The notes: generated by a model not told the origin, from the letters alone. A DNA stretch of 63,318 bases, filler included, from Chiloscyllium plagiosum (GCF_004010195.1; 4 parts of one record of this genome joined end to end with filler, not necessarily neighbours in it); one strand, 5' to 3'; counted from the first letter of the whole stretch, positions 1 through 13,183 are shown. Translations and numbers: made by a program.

Positions 1-290
1 CTTTTCCAACACTTTACCAACAACTGAAGTAAGGCTCACTGGTCTATAATTACCAGGGTTGTCTCTACTCCCCTTCTTGAACAGGGGAACCACATTTGCT
101 ATCCTCCAGTCTTCTGGCGCTATTCCTGTAGACAATGACGATTTAAAGATCAATGCCAAAGGCTCAGCACTCTAGTCCCTGGCTTCCCAGAGGATCCTAG
201 GATAAATCCCATCCGGCCCAAGGGACTTAACTATTTTCACACTCTGCAGGATTTCTAATACCTCTTCCTTGTGAACCTCAATCCCCCAAT
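1..290 (-). mobile_element. CR1-clade LINE ORF2 fragment
   Basis: Minus-strand translation includes KSLGPDGIYPRILWEAR, typical of the CR1 segment before the RT domain. Confidence 0.85.
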
Positions 291-3278
291 TTAATACTTT
301 CACCTGAGCGCTATACTTATCCTTATCCAGAAGTAACTTAAAACTTACAAAATTACAGTCACTGTTCTCGAAACATGAGACGTAAACACACACACACGCA
401 GACCCTCTCTTACACACAACTTCTCTGTTATATGCACACACATGCACTCCCCAAACTCATATCCACACATGCACCGTCTCACAGGCTTGTACCCCATCAC
501 ACACTCACACATACTTGACCAAGCTTGTACAAACACATATACACACACTTCCACGTGTACTCATACCCACACGCACACACTCATTCCCTGTCCCGCACGT
601 GCACACGTATGAGTTTATGGGGTGAATTTGTTTCTGCAGAATTACATTTCATTTTGCTCAAAAACTGCATAAATCCATGTAAGATTCTGTAATTTCCAGT
701 TTAGAAATAAAACCAGTCTCACTCAACATTGGGACACAGACAGACTTTAACCTCATACCTTCCAGGTATTGTCTGAGCTGAGATGGCACCTATTGTTAGA
801 AAAGCTCAAGCTAATATGATATTGTAACATAAAAGGTGTTTTGGGGGACTCGGCAAGATGGCAGCAATTCAGTAGAACTGCCTTGGACGGCTCTGCCTAA
901 CAGCCAAAGCATATTGGTGTTTTTTACTATCCCTGGCCAACTTATATGGAGGAATTGCTCATTTTAAAACTTGAAGAACACATATTCATTGACAATTTGG
1001 AGTGGAAAGGATGCCAAAAGGAAAAGGAGCGAGCAAACAGCAGCAAGGAGGACACTCCTCTGCAGTACTGGGCATGCCAGAGGCCGCAGCAGCGGCCTTT
1101 CCCGAACCCCCGGGGAACCTGACGGGCTCACAGGAATTGGCGGCGGCAACGGCGAGACTTCCCCCAAAAGTTGAGGCTGTGATCGAGAAGTTCCGTGCCC
1201 AGGTCTAACCCCTCGTGCCTATGCCATAGAAGCATGATTGGGAGCTCTAGGGTCTGGGGAGTGGATGGAGGAGGTGGAGGGTCGAACCACGGCCTCGAAA
1301 GTGGCGATCGAGTCCTCGTCTGGACAGATCCAGGTACTGGAGCAGGAAGTGTGGGCCTTGCAAGATCAGGTCAACCTCGAAAATCGAGGTCAGAGCACAA
1401 ATCTTCGGTTTGTCGGGCTCACGGAGGATGAAGAAGGTGGGTAGCCAGTCAGCTTCTTTGAAAACTGGCTGCCACAGTTCCTGGGCCTTCAAATTGAAAC
1501 CAGGCGGTTGCATATTGAAAGGGCCTATCCGGTGGCGGTGCGTAGGTCTGGGCCAGTACAGTGCCCCTGTCCGGTCCTAGTGCACTTCCTCACATACAGG
1601 GACAAGCAAAGAGTGATAGAAGCCTCCAGATTACTGGGGAAAGATCCACAGGCACTGCTGCACAAGGAGTCAAAAATCATGTTTTTCCAGGATTACTTGG
1701 CAGCTATAATTCGAAAGAGGAGGTCCTTCGATGAAGTTAAAAAGAGGCTGAGGAACCTGGGCAGCCAGTATTCCATGATACCCCATGGTGCTCCGTTTCA
1801 GGTTACAAGGACTCAGTTTATACATTTGACTCAGTGGATAAAGCCAAGAACTTTGTAGACACTTTAAAATAGACTGATTGGTCTCTAGAATACGGTTAAT
1901 AATCATCCTCTTTTCCTTCTTTCCCTGTGTTTTCCCTTCTTTCTTTCTCTTTTCCTAATAATTTTTTAAAAAAAACAAAAGTCATGGAATATGTAGTTCC
2001 TATTATCTGTTCATAACTGGATTTGATCAAGGAAATTTTGTGGGTGCCCTTTGTTGTTTTACTTTTTTTTTAGTTCTTTTTCTCTTTTAGTCACAAGTAG
2101 GGGTGACATGGAGCCGGGGAGGGGGGGAGTACTTATCCTGACATTGTCTTCTTTTGTTGACTTAAGGATCAGCTCCTTGTTTATTAACTTTTTTTTGCCT
2201 AAGGCTGGGGCACAGTCAAGGGCTGAAGGAACTGTGCAGAAGGGGATGGGTAGAGTGAGTGCCCTCCATGGACAGGGGGGACAGTCTCCCGTTCAAGGTT
2301 TTATAGTTGGTTTTCTTTGTAGTTTTTTGGTAGCAATATTTGTTCATTGCTATGATACAGTAGTTTTTGTATGCTCAACTCTGTCACTTCGTGAGTCTCC
2401 ATTTACTTGTGCTCGGCGCATTGCAAGCAGGGTTCTCCTTCCCGGGGGTTCAAGGGTCTCTGAAAGGGGATATGGCTAAGTGTCTTGTTAAATGGTGCAC
2501 CTGGAATAACAAAGGAAGTCAGTTGCCTGTTAAAAGGAAAAAAGTGCTTCATAGTCTTAAGAGGTTGATATCACCCTGTTGCAGGAAATCCATCTTGACA
2601 ATTGTGAACACCTGAAGTTACAACGGGAGGTAATGGTCGGGTATTCTTTTCATCCTTTATTACTAAAAGTTGTGGAGTGGCAGTACTTATCCAGAAAAAC
2701 CTTCCGTTCACATTATTAGAGCAGGTGAAAGATGAGCAAGGACGGTTTGTGACACTTAAGGCCCTGATATATGGGGAGGAATATGGCATTTTAAATGTCT
2801 ACTGTCCTCCGGCGCATCCCCTCAAATTTTTGATTAGTGTCATTTCTAAGTTGAGTGCCTTTGGAACACAGCACATTATTATAGGGGGGAATTTCAATTG
2901 CCTTTTGGATCCGATAGTGGACAAGATACCTAGTGGGCCCCCAATTATTTCTTCACAGGCCAAGTAGGTGGCTGACTTATGTGTGGAGTTGGGGCTGGTG
3001 AATATTTGGAGATGTCTTCATCCTACTATTAGGGCCTTACAATTTTTTTCACAACCACATAAATGTCACTCGAGGATTGATTTTTTGGCTCCCTCGACAC
3101 TTTTGGATTCGATTATAGGTTGCAAGAATGGGAACATAGCTATCTCTCATCATGCAGCAGTATATTTGGAGGTTAAGGCGAAGAGTGAGGGGCTAGGTTT
3201 ATGGCACTAGCGTCTGGATCCATTTCTCCTTAAGGATTCCAAATTTGTCGAATTTTTTTGAGGGAGTTTTGGGAGGTC

Positions 3279-3592
3279 GAGATTAGATTTGATTCCCTAC
3301 AGTGTGGAAACGGGCCCTTCGGCCCAACAAGTCCACACCGACTCTCCGAACAGTAACCTACCCAGACCCATTTCCCTCTGACTAATGCACCTAACCTATG
3401 GGCAATTTAGCATGGCCAGTTCACCTAACCTGCACATCTTTGGACTGTGGAAGGAAACCGGAGTACCCGGAGGAAACCCACGCACAGGGAGAATGTGTAA
3501 ACTCCACACAGACAGTTGCCAGAGGCTGGAATCGAACCTCGGACCCTAGTGCTGTGAGGCAGCAGTGCTAACCACTGAGCCACCGTGCCGCC
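3279..3592 (-). mobile_element. HE1-type tRNA-derived shark SINE inserted in L1 ORF2
   Basis: Minus strand starts GGGCGGCACGGTGGCTCAGTGGTTAGCACTGCTGCCTCACAGC (A box) with a GGTTCGATTCC B box, and ends in a CR1-like tail with (TCTAA)n. Confidence 0.85.
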
Positions 3593-4017
3593 CTTGACTA
3601 TCAGCTCAGGAACAGCTAGTAGTCCGTCAATGCTATGGGAGACCGTGAAGGCCTTTGCTAGGGGATTAGCTATTTCTTATTCAGCTAGCCAGAAACGACA
3701 GAAGGGGGAACAGCAGCGTCTACTTGAGATGCGGCTGAAAGTCGCTGAGGCGGCACATTTTGCAAGGCCTTCGCTGACCAAGCTACAGTGAATCAAGGCC
3801 CTTCAGGTTGCCTTAAATTCAATACTTACACAAACCACAAAGAAAGAACTTGCTTTTGCGAGACAAAGGCTGTTCGAGTATGGGGATAGGCGAGGGGATT
3901 ATTTTGCATGTCTGACTAGGAAAAAACATGCTCCCAATCCATTACTGCAGTCAGAGACAGCGCCGGGGTCCTTATATACGATGCCAAAAGGATTAATGAG
4001 GCTTTTTTGGAGTTTTT

Positions 4018-4340
4018 AGATTAGATTAGATTAGATTCCCTACAGTATGGAAACAGGCCCCTTCAGCCCAAGTCCCCTCCGAAGAGTAACCCATCCAGCC
4101 TCATTCCCCTACATTTACCTGACTAATATACCGAATACTATGGGCAATTTAGCATGGCCAATTCACCTGACCTGCACATTTTTGGATTGTGGGAAAAAAA
4201 ACAGAGCACCTGGAGGAAACCCACACAGACACAGGGAGAATGTGCAAACTCCACACAGGCAATCGCCCGAAGCTGAAATCGAACCCGGGTTTCTGGTGCT
4301 GTGAGGCAGCATTCTACCTGCTGAGCCACCGTGCCTCCCC
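4018..4340 (-). mobile_element. HE1-type SINE inserted in L1 ORF2
   Basis: Same structure as 3279-3592, with a (GATTA)n tail on the + strand. Confidence 0.85.
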
Positions 4341-7300
4341 TGAGTTGTATCAGTCTGAAGGTTGTGAGGGTAGGAGAGCCAAGATTGAAGCCTTTTGTAA
4401 GAGCCTGGACTTCCCGGGGGTTACCCTGGAACAGGCCTCTCTCCTTAATGCCCCCTTGATGGTTTAGGAAATACAGGATGCAGCTAAGCAACCTGTTGGA
4501 AAGCTCCTGGTCCTTATGGTCTCCAAGGTGAGTTTTACAAGGAGTTTATAGGGATTCTGTCAAGGCTGATGCTGGAAATGTACAAGCACTCCTATATGCA
4601 TGAATGCCTACTACCATCTTTGAGAGAAGCTAATATTTCCCTCATTCTTAAGAAGGAGAAGGTTCCTAAGGATTGTGCCTCATACAGGCCCATTTAAATT
4701 CAGATTTTAAGATTCTGTCTAAGGATTTGGCGCTGAGATTGGAAAAGGATGTTGCCCTGTTTTGTCAAAGAGGACCAGACAGTTTTTATAAGGGACCATA
4801 GGTATTCTAATAATATTAAGGTTGCTGAATATGATCCATGCATGTCAGCAACAATCGATCCAGGGGTTGGTGATTTCCTTAGATGCAGAGAAAGCATTTG
4901 ACTGGATGGAATAGCCCTATCTCTTTTAAGTGTTAGAGTGGGTTGGGTGGGATCTTTGTTAGGCGGGTGGAGGTTTTATATCACGACCCTCTGGCTGTGG
5001 TCATCACCAACGGGTGAAGTCTGGGAACTTTAGGATTGGCAGGGGTAGTTGTCAAAGCTGCCCCCTCTCACTGTTGTTGTTTACGTTAGTGATAGAGCTG
5101 CAGGCAGAGGCCATTCGTCAGAACATCCACATAACCGCTCCGGAAGTGGGATCGTGGGTACACAAGATTACACTGTATGCGGATGATGACCTTCTGTTTT
5201 TTATTAGACCTGACCACCTTCGTACCCCATCTGATACAATGTATTAATTCATTTGGGGCTGTTTCAGGATTTTTCAGTCAAGGCATGGAGGGCGATGCGT
5301 CAGAGTAAGGGTTGCATATCCAAGACTTTACCACTCACTCCCATAGTTGGTATGCCAAGGTTCTGATGAGGGATGATGGACTGAAGGTTCAAACTTTGGG
5401 TAGCAAGATGAGTTTCTAGTTTGGGAAACTTGTTTGAGAGGGAGGTTATGATGTCTTTCAAGCAACTAACCGCAAATATGAGCTGCCCAGCAGAGGTCTG
5501 TTCTACTGGGTGGTAGGGCCTGTCAGGGTATTAACCAGCTATGAGAGGTTTGGGAGCAAGAGCTAGGAGTGGAGATCTCTTCTTAAATGTGGGAGAACAT
5601 ATGGTAGAGCGTGTAGAAGATCTCAATTTGTAATAGGACATGCATTATGCAGTTATAAGTTCCGCACAGGGTTCATTTGACACCAGCCTGTCAGGCCCAA
5701 ATGTAAAATAATTGTAGTTACTCTTACCCATTGCTTCTGGACATGCCGCAGGCTCCTGTTTATTGGAGCGCTGTGTCGGGAGAGTAAGGGAGGTTATTGA
5801 GGACCGAAGTTAAAGTAGACCCAATATCTCTCCTCTTAGGTCTAGCAAATTTATCATCTTTAGACGGGCATGGGAAGAAACTATTTAATAGTCTTACTTA
5901 TTGTGCACAGAAGAATATTCTTATGAATTGGATGTCTGAGAACCCAGCGGGCTTGCTGGGATGGCGGAAATTAATTATGGAGCACATTCCCTTGGAGTTT
6001 TTCACAAATATGGTGCACCACACAACAGATCTTTTTTATAAGACATGGCAGCCCTTTTTGAGTTATTTGGACACAGATCTGTCTGCTATCTTAACTAGGG
6101 TGCTCGTTTAACCAAGATGGTTAGGTTTGCTGAGCCCTGGGACCTGGAGAGGGGATCTCCTGAGTTCATACGGGTATATATACAATGCTTGTTTTTTGTT
6201 TGGAAGCTTTGTGCCGAGCATTGTGATTTTGTACTGTGTGTTCTTTTGATGTTGTTTTTTATTAGTCAATTACTTATTTATTGGTGTTGTTTTGCACATT
6301 GTTTGGTTTTGTTTTGTACTATAGGTAGGTTAGTAGTTAGTAAGACTGTAGTATTGTAATTTGTGTTTTTTTATTATAGTGACATTATGTTCTATTTTTA
6401 ATACCTATATTTTTGTAAAGTCAAAAAATTGTTTTTTGGTTAATAAATATATTTACAAAACAGAAAGGAATTTTGGGATTTACATATTAAAGAATTGGAA
6501 ATAGCATATTCCATTCTAAAAGATGAAAGACTTAATCTAAATTTGTTTAATATATCAGTACAGCTACATGACACTGTAAACCTTTTACTCTAAATTCTGT
6601 ATCTTATGATCTTATACTCCACAACCACCTGATGAAGGAGCAGCACTTCAAAAGCTAGTGCCTCCAAATAAACCTGTTGGACTATAACCTGGCATTGTGG
6701 ATTTTTCTTTGTCCACCCCAGTCCAACACCGGTACCTCCAGATTTAAATTTGATAAGTATTCAGTATCTAAGGGCTTGGATTAAATTAATTGGCTGATTC
6801 AAGTGAGTTACCAAAACAAAAAAAAAGCCTAAGGTTTTCAAATCACACAGCCACTTATTACGTTTCCACTTTAGAACTATCTGTACATCGACAGCTGCTT
6901 GCAGATTTTTAAAAAAATCTCCAAGCTTTGAAAAACACTTTATGCCTTAAAGGAATCTCACACACTCTGTCCCCCTATTATTTAAATAAACAAACTCTAC
7001 CTTCCACTTCATGAGTATTATACACAACTTCATAACAGTCTAAACCATATATTTGGCTAAATCCTCTCCCTATTTAAATTCAAAAACTATTATGATGAGC
7101 AGTGCTAGCTAACAATCAAAGCACCCTGCAGGCTCAGTCAAAACAATGATGTGTGCCTAAGTAGTGGCAGGACTGTTTGGTTGGGTTCCAGTTTTCAGAG
7201 GTGGCAACATAATAAGTTGCCCAAGAGACCATTGCAATGGTCAAATCTATTTGTAACAACAGCAGCAATGATGCAATAGACAGACAATGTCATAGTTCAA

Positions 7301-7451
7301 GTGGGTCACCTTGTGATGGGGTTGGGAGCTCAGCTTGGGATTAAGTGGAGTGACCTGATGTCACTGCCTCAGGGAAGAATACCTCAGGGAGTTAGATGGT
7401 CAGCTCTGACTTTAAATAACACTGAATGTTCTATCTGTTATGTCCCTACAG

Positions 7452-7613
7452 AACAGGAAATTCAGATTGTGAAGGAGCTAGAGGATCAGGAAGTTCGAGA
7501 GAACAACAATGCAGTCTTCGTCTGTGAAGTGTCCCATGCAGAAGTGAAGAGTGAATGGTTACAGAATGGAAATAGAATCAAATCAAACAGCAATGTCAAA
7601 ATTAGACAGGAGG
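7452..7613 (+). CDS. OBSL1: Obscurin-family (probably OBSL1) internal exon, N-half of an I-set Ig domain
   Basis: Acceptor ccctacag, donor G|GTAAGG, 162 nt, phase 1-1. Translates EQEIQIVKELEDQEVRENNNAVFVCEVSHAEVKSEWLQNGNRIKSNSNVKIRQE and splices in frame to the next exon. Confidence 0.85.
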
Positions 7614-7892
7614 GTAAGGAGACGCAAGGGGTGTGTTCACAAAGATCATGTGAGAAAACTATTAATTTGATGTATTATTGTCACATGTACCTAAGTACAG
7701 TGAAAGGATTTGGAGTCCAGAGTGATATTTCTGTGTCAGGATGACATGGATAGTGAATTGTGGGAACTGTATTCAAATTTAACCACGTTCACTATTTCAT
7801 GTAAAATAACAGAGTGATATTACTGTGTATCTAACCTCATGATGTACTTGTCCTGGGAGCATTTGATGTGGATATTGTCAAGGGAATGTTCG

Positions 7893-8160
7893 AATCCATA
7901 CAGTGTGGAAGCAGGCTATTTGGTCCATTGAGTCCACACCAACCATCCAAACAGTATCCCAAGCAGAGCCTGGTCCCCTACCCTTTCACCCTCCGTTTAA
8001 CATGGCCAATCCACTTAGTCTGCACATCGGGCAATCTAGCATGACCAGTCCACCCAACTTGTATATCTTTGGACTGTGGGAAGAAAACAGACAACCTGGA
8101 GAAAACCGACACAAACTCCACACAGACACCCAAGGCTGGAATTGAACTCAGGATCCTGAC
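7893..8160 (-). mobile_element. Degenerate HE1-type SINE in an OBSL1 intron
   Basis: Similar to 3279-3592 (ctgcacatc..tttggactgtgg..aaactccacacagac..ggctggaattgaac). Confidence 0.7.
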
Positions 8161-8236
8161 TGTGTGTGTGTGTGTCTGTGTGTGTGTGTAAGTGATCAGG
8201 TGGAAACTAATTTTTCTGATTGTCTCATATTTCAAG

Positions 8237-8341
8237 GGACCAAACATTTCATGCTGATCTACAAGGTGAGGGCAGAGGATGCTGGAGAAATTCGATTTAG
8301 AGCCAAGAATGCCGAGTCTGTCGCTCGTCTAGATGTCAATG
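8237..8341 (+). CDS. OBSL1: Obscurin-family (probably OBSL1) exon, C-half of the same Ig domain
   Basis: Acceptor tttcaag, donor G|GTATTT, 105 nt. Encodes GTKHFMLIYKVRAEDAGEIRFRAKNAESVARLDVN, which resembles the recalled RQEG..RAEDAGE.RF segment of OBSL1 and obscurin. Confidence 0.85.
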
Positions 8342-8539
8342 GTATTTTGGTTGCTTCTTTCCAGTTCACCTTTCCATTTGCACTCAAGGGTGAGAGCCTT
8401 TCCTCTGTCTGCACTGGCCCAGGGACTTTGCATCAGGAGGGGAATACTCATCAGTTCAAGAGAATTGTCCAGTCCAGAGATAGAGCATACAATCAGATTG
8501 AGACTGCTATTGTGCTATTGAGAGAGCCCCATGCTGTTG

Positions 8540-8770
8540 GAGGCTTAGTACTGAGGGAGCACTGCACTATTAAAGGGTCATCACTGAGGGAGTAATGCAC
8601 TATTGGAGGGTCAGAACTGAGGGAGTACTGCAGTGTCAGAGGGTCAGTGCAAAGAGAGTGCTGCATCTTCAGTGGTCAATATTAAGGAAGTGCTGCGCTG
8701 TCAGAGAGTCAGTACTAAGTGAGTGCTGCACTGTTAGAGAGTCAGTGTTGAGAGAGTGGTGCACTGTTTG
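8540..8770. repeat. Degenerate ~32-bp tandem repeat
   Basis: Recurring unit resembling gcactgtcagagggtcagtactgagggagtgct, about 7 copies. Confidence 0.7.
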
Positions 8771-9219
8771 AGGTGCCACATTCTAATAATACATTAAACT
8801 GAGCTCTGTCTGTTCTCTGGTAGATCGAAGGGAGTTGCACAATTAGAGATGAAGGAAGTTCTCCCTAGTTTCCTGGGCCAATGTACCTTCAACCAACATC
8901 AATTTTAAAAAAAATATTGTTTTGGTAATTTATCTGATTGTTGCTGTTGGAGCTTGCTGACTGCAAATTGGCTGCTTGTGGACAGCTCAGGGTAAGGCAG
9001 TATTTGTTGCTTATCCTGAATTGCATCACAGCTGTGCCTGCACTTTAAAAATAAATGACTCTTTAATTGTAAAAAATCTGGGTGAGATCAGATCAGATTG
9101 GGGTAGAATTGTGCAATGGTCATTTTCCCTTCCTTAAACCTGAACCGTAAGTGATAGAGAATGGGAGGATGTCTCTTGGTTGACCTGAAGCCAACAGGTG
9201 GAAGCAGAGCCAAGAAGAG

Positions 9220-10680
9220 TAGAGTCATAGAGATGTACAGCATGGAAACAGACCCTTCGGTCCAACCTGTCCACGTCGACCAGATATCCCTACCCAATCT
9301 AGTCCCACCTGCCAGCACCTGGCCCATACTCCTCCAAACCCTTCCTATTCATATACCCATCAAATGTCTCTTAAATGTTGCAATTGTACCAGCCACCACC
9401 ACATCCTCTGGCAGCTCATTCACGTACCACCCTCTGTGTGAAAAGATTGCCCCTTAGGTCTCTTTTATAGCTTTCCCCTCTCACCCTAAACCTATGCCCT
9501 CTAGTTCTAGACTCCCTGATCCCAGGGAAAAGACTTTGTCTTTTTATCNNNNNNNNNNNNNNNNNNNNNNNNNNNNNNNNNNNNNNNNNNNNNNNNNNNN
9601 NNNNNNNNNNNNNNNNNNNNNNNNNNNNNNNNNNNNNNNNNNNNNNNNNNNNNNNNNNNNNNNNNNNNNNNNNNNNNNNNNNNNNNNNNNNNNNNNNNNN
9701 NNNNNNNNNNNNNNNNNNNNNNNNNNNNNNNNNNNNNNNNNNNNNNNNNNNNNNNNNNNNNNNNNNNNNNNNNNNNNNNNNNNNNNNNNNNNNNNNNNNN
9801 NNNNNNNNNNNNNNNNNNNNNNNNNNNNNNNNNNNNNNNNNNNNNNNNNNNNNNNNNNNNNNNNNNNNNNNNNNNNNNNNNNNNNNNNNNNNNNNNNNNN
9901 NNNNNNNNNNNNNNNNNNNNNNNNNNNNNNNNNNNNNNNNNNNNNNNNNNNNNNNNNNNNNNNNNNNNNNNNNNNNNNNNNNNNNNNNNNNNGGGCCCAG
10001 CACCGATCCTTGTGGCACTCCACTGGTCACAGGCCTCCAGTCTGAAAAACAATCCTCCACCACCACTCTCTGTCTTCTACCTTTGAGCCAGTTCTGTATC
10101 CAAATAGCTAGTTCTCCCTTTATTCCATGAGATCTAACCTTGCTAATCAGTCTCCCATGGGGAACCTTGTCAAACGCCTTACTGAAGTCCATATAGATCA
10201 CATCTACTGCTCTGCCATCATCAATCTTTTTTGTTACTTCCTCAAAAAACTCAAACAAGTTTGTGAGACATGATTTCCCATGCACAAAGCCATGTTGAAG
10301 ATCCCGAATCAGTCCTTGCCTTTCCAAATACATGTACATCCTGTCCCTCAGGATTCCCTCCAACAACTTGCCCACCACCGTGGTCAGGCTCACTGGTCTA
10401 TAGATCCCTGGCTTGTCCTTACCGCCCTTCTTAAACAGTGGCACCACGTTTGCCAACCTCCAGTCTTCCGCCACCTCACCTGTGACTATCGATGATACAG
10501 CAAGAGGCCCAGCAATGACTTCCCTAGCTTCCCACAGAGTTCTCGGGTACACCTAATCAGGTCCTGGGGATTTATCCACCTTTAACCGTTTCAAGATATC
10601 CAGCACTTCCTCCTCTGTAATCTGGACATTTTGCAAGATGTCACCATCTATTTCCCTACAGTCTATATCTTCCATATCCT
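9220..10680 (-). mobile_element. CR1/HER1 LINE 3' part (RT domain), spanning a gap
   Basis: ORF 9416-10552: WRLANVVPLFKKG, YRPVSLT, QHGF, YMDFSKAFDKVPH, GVPQGSVLG. The 3' tail lies at ~9220-9420. Confidence 0.95.
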
Positions 10681-10762
10681 CGGAGTTGATGATTGGGCAT
10701 CTCCTAAATTTGGCACATACTTGTTTTTTTTTTTGTCATTCACTGTGTCTCTGCTTCCTTAG

Positions 10763-11029
10763 AATTGCCAGTCAAGATTGTTAAACCTCTGCGGGATAAG
10801 ACTGCACTGGAGAAACACAAGGTCATCTTGGAGTGTAAAGTTTCCAAGCCACATGCCCATGTATGTTGGTACCGGGGGGGAGAAGAACTGTATGCCAGCA
10901 GCAAGTACGAGATCTGCAGCGAGGACTGCTACCGGCAGCTGGTTATCCATGATGTCAGCTTCGAGGATGAAGCCACCTACACCTGTGACGCCTTTGATGA
11001 CTGCTCATCTGCCAAGGTACTTGTGGAAG
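10763..11029 (+). CDS. OBSL1: Obscurin-family (probably OBSL1) single-Ig exon
   Basis: Acceptor cttccttag, donor G|GTATGT, 267 nt. Encodes ELPVKIVKPLRDKTALEKHKVILECKVS..HVCWYRGGEEL..KYEI..LVIHDV..EDEATYTCDA..VLVE. HVCW and VIHDV match the recalled last Ig domain of human OBSL1. Confidence 0.85.
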
Positions 11030-12212
11030 GTATGTGGGACAGACATGGTCCAGTTCTTCCAAGGCCTTAGTAGCTATAGGTCAATCCCCTGGTGTAGCCA
11101 CTGAAGCAGCTCACAGGCAAATCAGAGCTAAGCCTTTCAGAAAGGATGCACTGACCCACAGAACTCTTAGTAATCGATGATTGGTTATGCATGGTCTTCC
11201 ACAGTTTAAAGCAGTAAATTACAAGCAATTTATACAACTCTATATACTATAAATGATTAAGAGCTAATTGGAGGTCTTTCTAAAAAAGAGAAGATAATCT
11301 ATCTTGGTGGGTCAAGTCTACCACACACGGGAAGAATCTTAATGTTGAAACCAAGTTGTTCAGAGGCAATTTTAGATTAGAGTGGTGCTAGAAAAGCACA
11401 GCAGGTCAGGCAGCATCCGAGGAGCAGGAAAATTGACATTTCGGGCAAAAGCCCTTCTTCATTTCCTGTGTCAGTGTGTAAATGATTGACAATAGTCTGA
11501 TGTACCCCTTTATAGGTGTGTGAACATCATATCACAATCAGTTACCAATGGGAAACAGGTTTGAGAGGCTGAATAGCCTTCTCTTGTTTCCTTTTTTTTT
11601 TGAAGTACAGTGAGAACCGTATGTAAAGAGAGAAATATAAGGGAGGATAAAGAGAGCAGAAATGGATGGAAAAATAAAGGAAAAGGTGGCCTGAGGGAGT
11701 GAGTTCCATTGGAATGAGATTGAAAGCATAAGAACAGCATAAGCAGAAGTAAGCCTCTGGCCTGCTCTGCCATTTGATATGATTGTGGCTGCTCTCATCT
11801 CAGTCTCACCTCCACTCTGCTGCCACTCCCCATATCCTTTTTAACCCATTACTAATTAAAATTCTTTCTCTCTCCACCTTAAATTTATCCAATGCCCCAG
11901 CATCCACTGTACTCTGGTGTAGCAAATTCCACAGATTTGTGATTCTTTAAGAGAAATAATTCCTTCTCCTCTCTATTTTAAATCTGCTACTCCTTAAATC
12001 CATGAACTCTCTTTCTAGATTGCCCCACCAGTGGCAATGTTCTTTCTATCCCCTTCCCATCTATATAACCCGTTAAATCTCCACTCATTCTTCTAAACTC
12101 CTGAGAGTTGTAGGCTTAAACTGCTCAATCTCTCTTCATCTCTGAAATTGATTTAGTGAACTTTCTCTGAACTGCCTCAAATGTATTTGCATCATTGTTC
12201 CTTTTGTTCCAG

Positions 12213-12493
12213 AGCAAGCCATTCTGATAATGAAGGATCTTGTGGACATGGAGGTGACAGCTCCTAATGCAATCCAGTTGGAATGCGAGGTGTCAGTGCC
12301 TATGATCAGAGCCCCTCAGTGGAGCCTGAATGGACAGCTCCTTCAGAATGGGGATGGGGTCCGCATTGAAAACAGAGGGACTATCCAGCGGCTGATCCTC
12401 AGCAACACCTCCCCTGACATGAGCGGAGTGGTGAAGTTCACTGCAGGGAAGGCACGTTGCAGTGCTAAGCTAACTGTCAAAGGTAAACCCTGA
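12213..12493 (+). CDS. OBSL1: Obscurin-family (probably OBSL1) last visible Ig exon; ends at donor 12482 or reads through to TGA at 12491-12493
   Basis: Acceptor ttttgttccag. Encodes EQAILIMKDLVDMEVTAPNAIQLECEVSVP..PQWSLNG..RLILSNTSPDMSGVVKFTAGKARCSAKLTVKGKP*. Weak donor G|GTAAAC at 12482/12483, and no further Ig exon was seen downstream. Confidence 0.8.
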
Positions 12494-13183
12494 CAGGGAG
12501 ATCAGAACAACTATTATTTTGTCACAGCCAGCTTGTGTAAGGCATTAATGAGATTGGATAAATCCACTATGGGCTTATGAAAGGCAAAGCATGCTGAACA
12601 AATCTACTGCAGCTTTTGAGGGTGTAATAGATAAGGCAGATGTGATAAATTTTCAGTCGGTTTTTGATAAGGTCCCTCAGTAGAAGTCAATTAAAGCAGA
12701 TGAGTAACATGTTGGCATGGACCGAAAACTGGATGACAGACAGGAAACAGTGTGGGAATAAATGGATTTTTTTCTGAATGGCAAGCTGTGAATTCACTAT
12801 GTATGTATATACAGCATGAGGGAATCAGATGACACATTTCCAAGTTAGCTGATGACACAACTGGGTGGGGTTGTGAGGAAGATGCAAGGAGACTTGGATA
12901 TGTTAGTGGGCGGGAAAATACATGTCAGGTGCAGCAGAGCATAGTTAAATGTGAAGTTATATACTTCGGTGTGAAAAACAGAAAGGAAGAATGTTATGTA
13001 TGTAGTTGGGTGTGTGTTGCCCCTTTAAGAGAGTGAATCAGGTGACCCAGAGGCAGGAGCTAAGGATGGCAGACCAAAACCAACTGTGGAGCTGAGAGAC
13101 CTACAATAAAGTATTCCCTGTTCAAGTTTACCCTTCACCTACCTCGTGTTATCTTTATGGTTCTGGTGAACCACAAACATAAC

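Larger units (their letters stand above)
846..6462 (+). mobile_element. Near full-length decayed L1-clade LINE (ORF1 ~1002-1870; ORF2 ~2470-6111)
   Basis: ORF1 motifs NLRFVGLTE, IERAYPV, PVLVHFL, IMFFQDY. APE endonuclease motifs TWN, NVYCP, IIGGNFN, SRIDF. RT motifs QSCPLSLLLF and LYADD. T-rich 3' UTR with AATAAA at 6442. Degenerate TSD AAAAGGTGTTTTGGG (831-845) / GAAAGGAATTTTGGG (6463-6477). Many stops and frameshifts. Confidence 0.9.
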
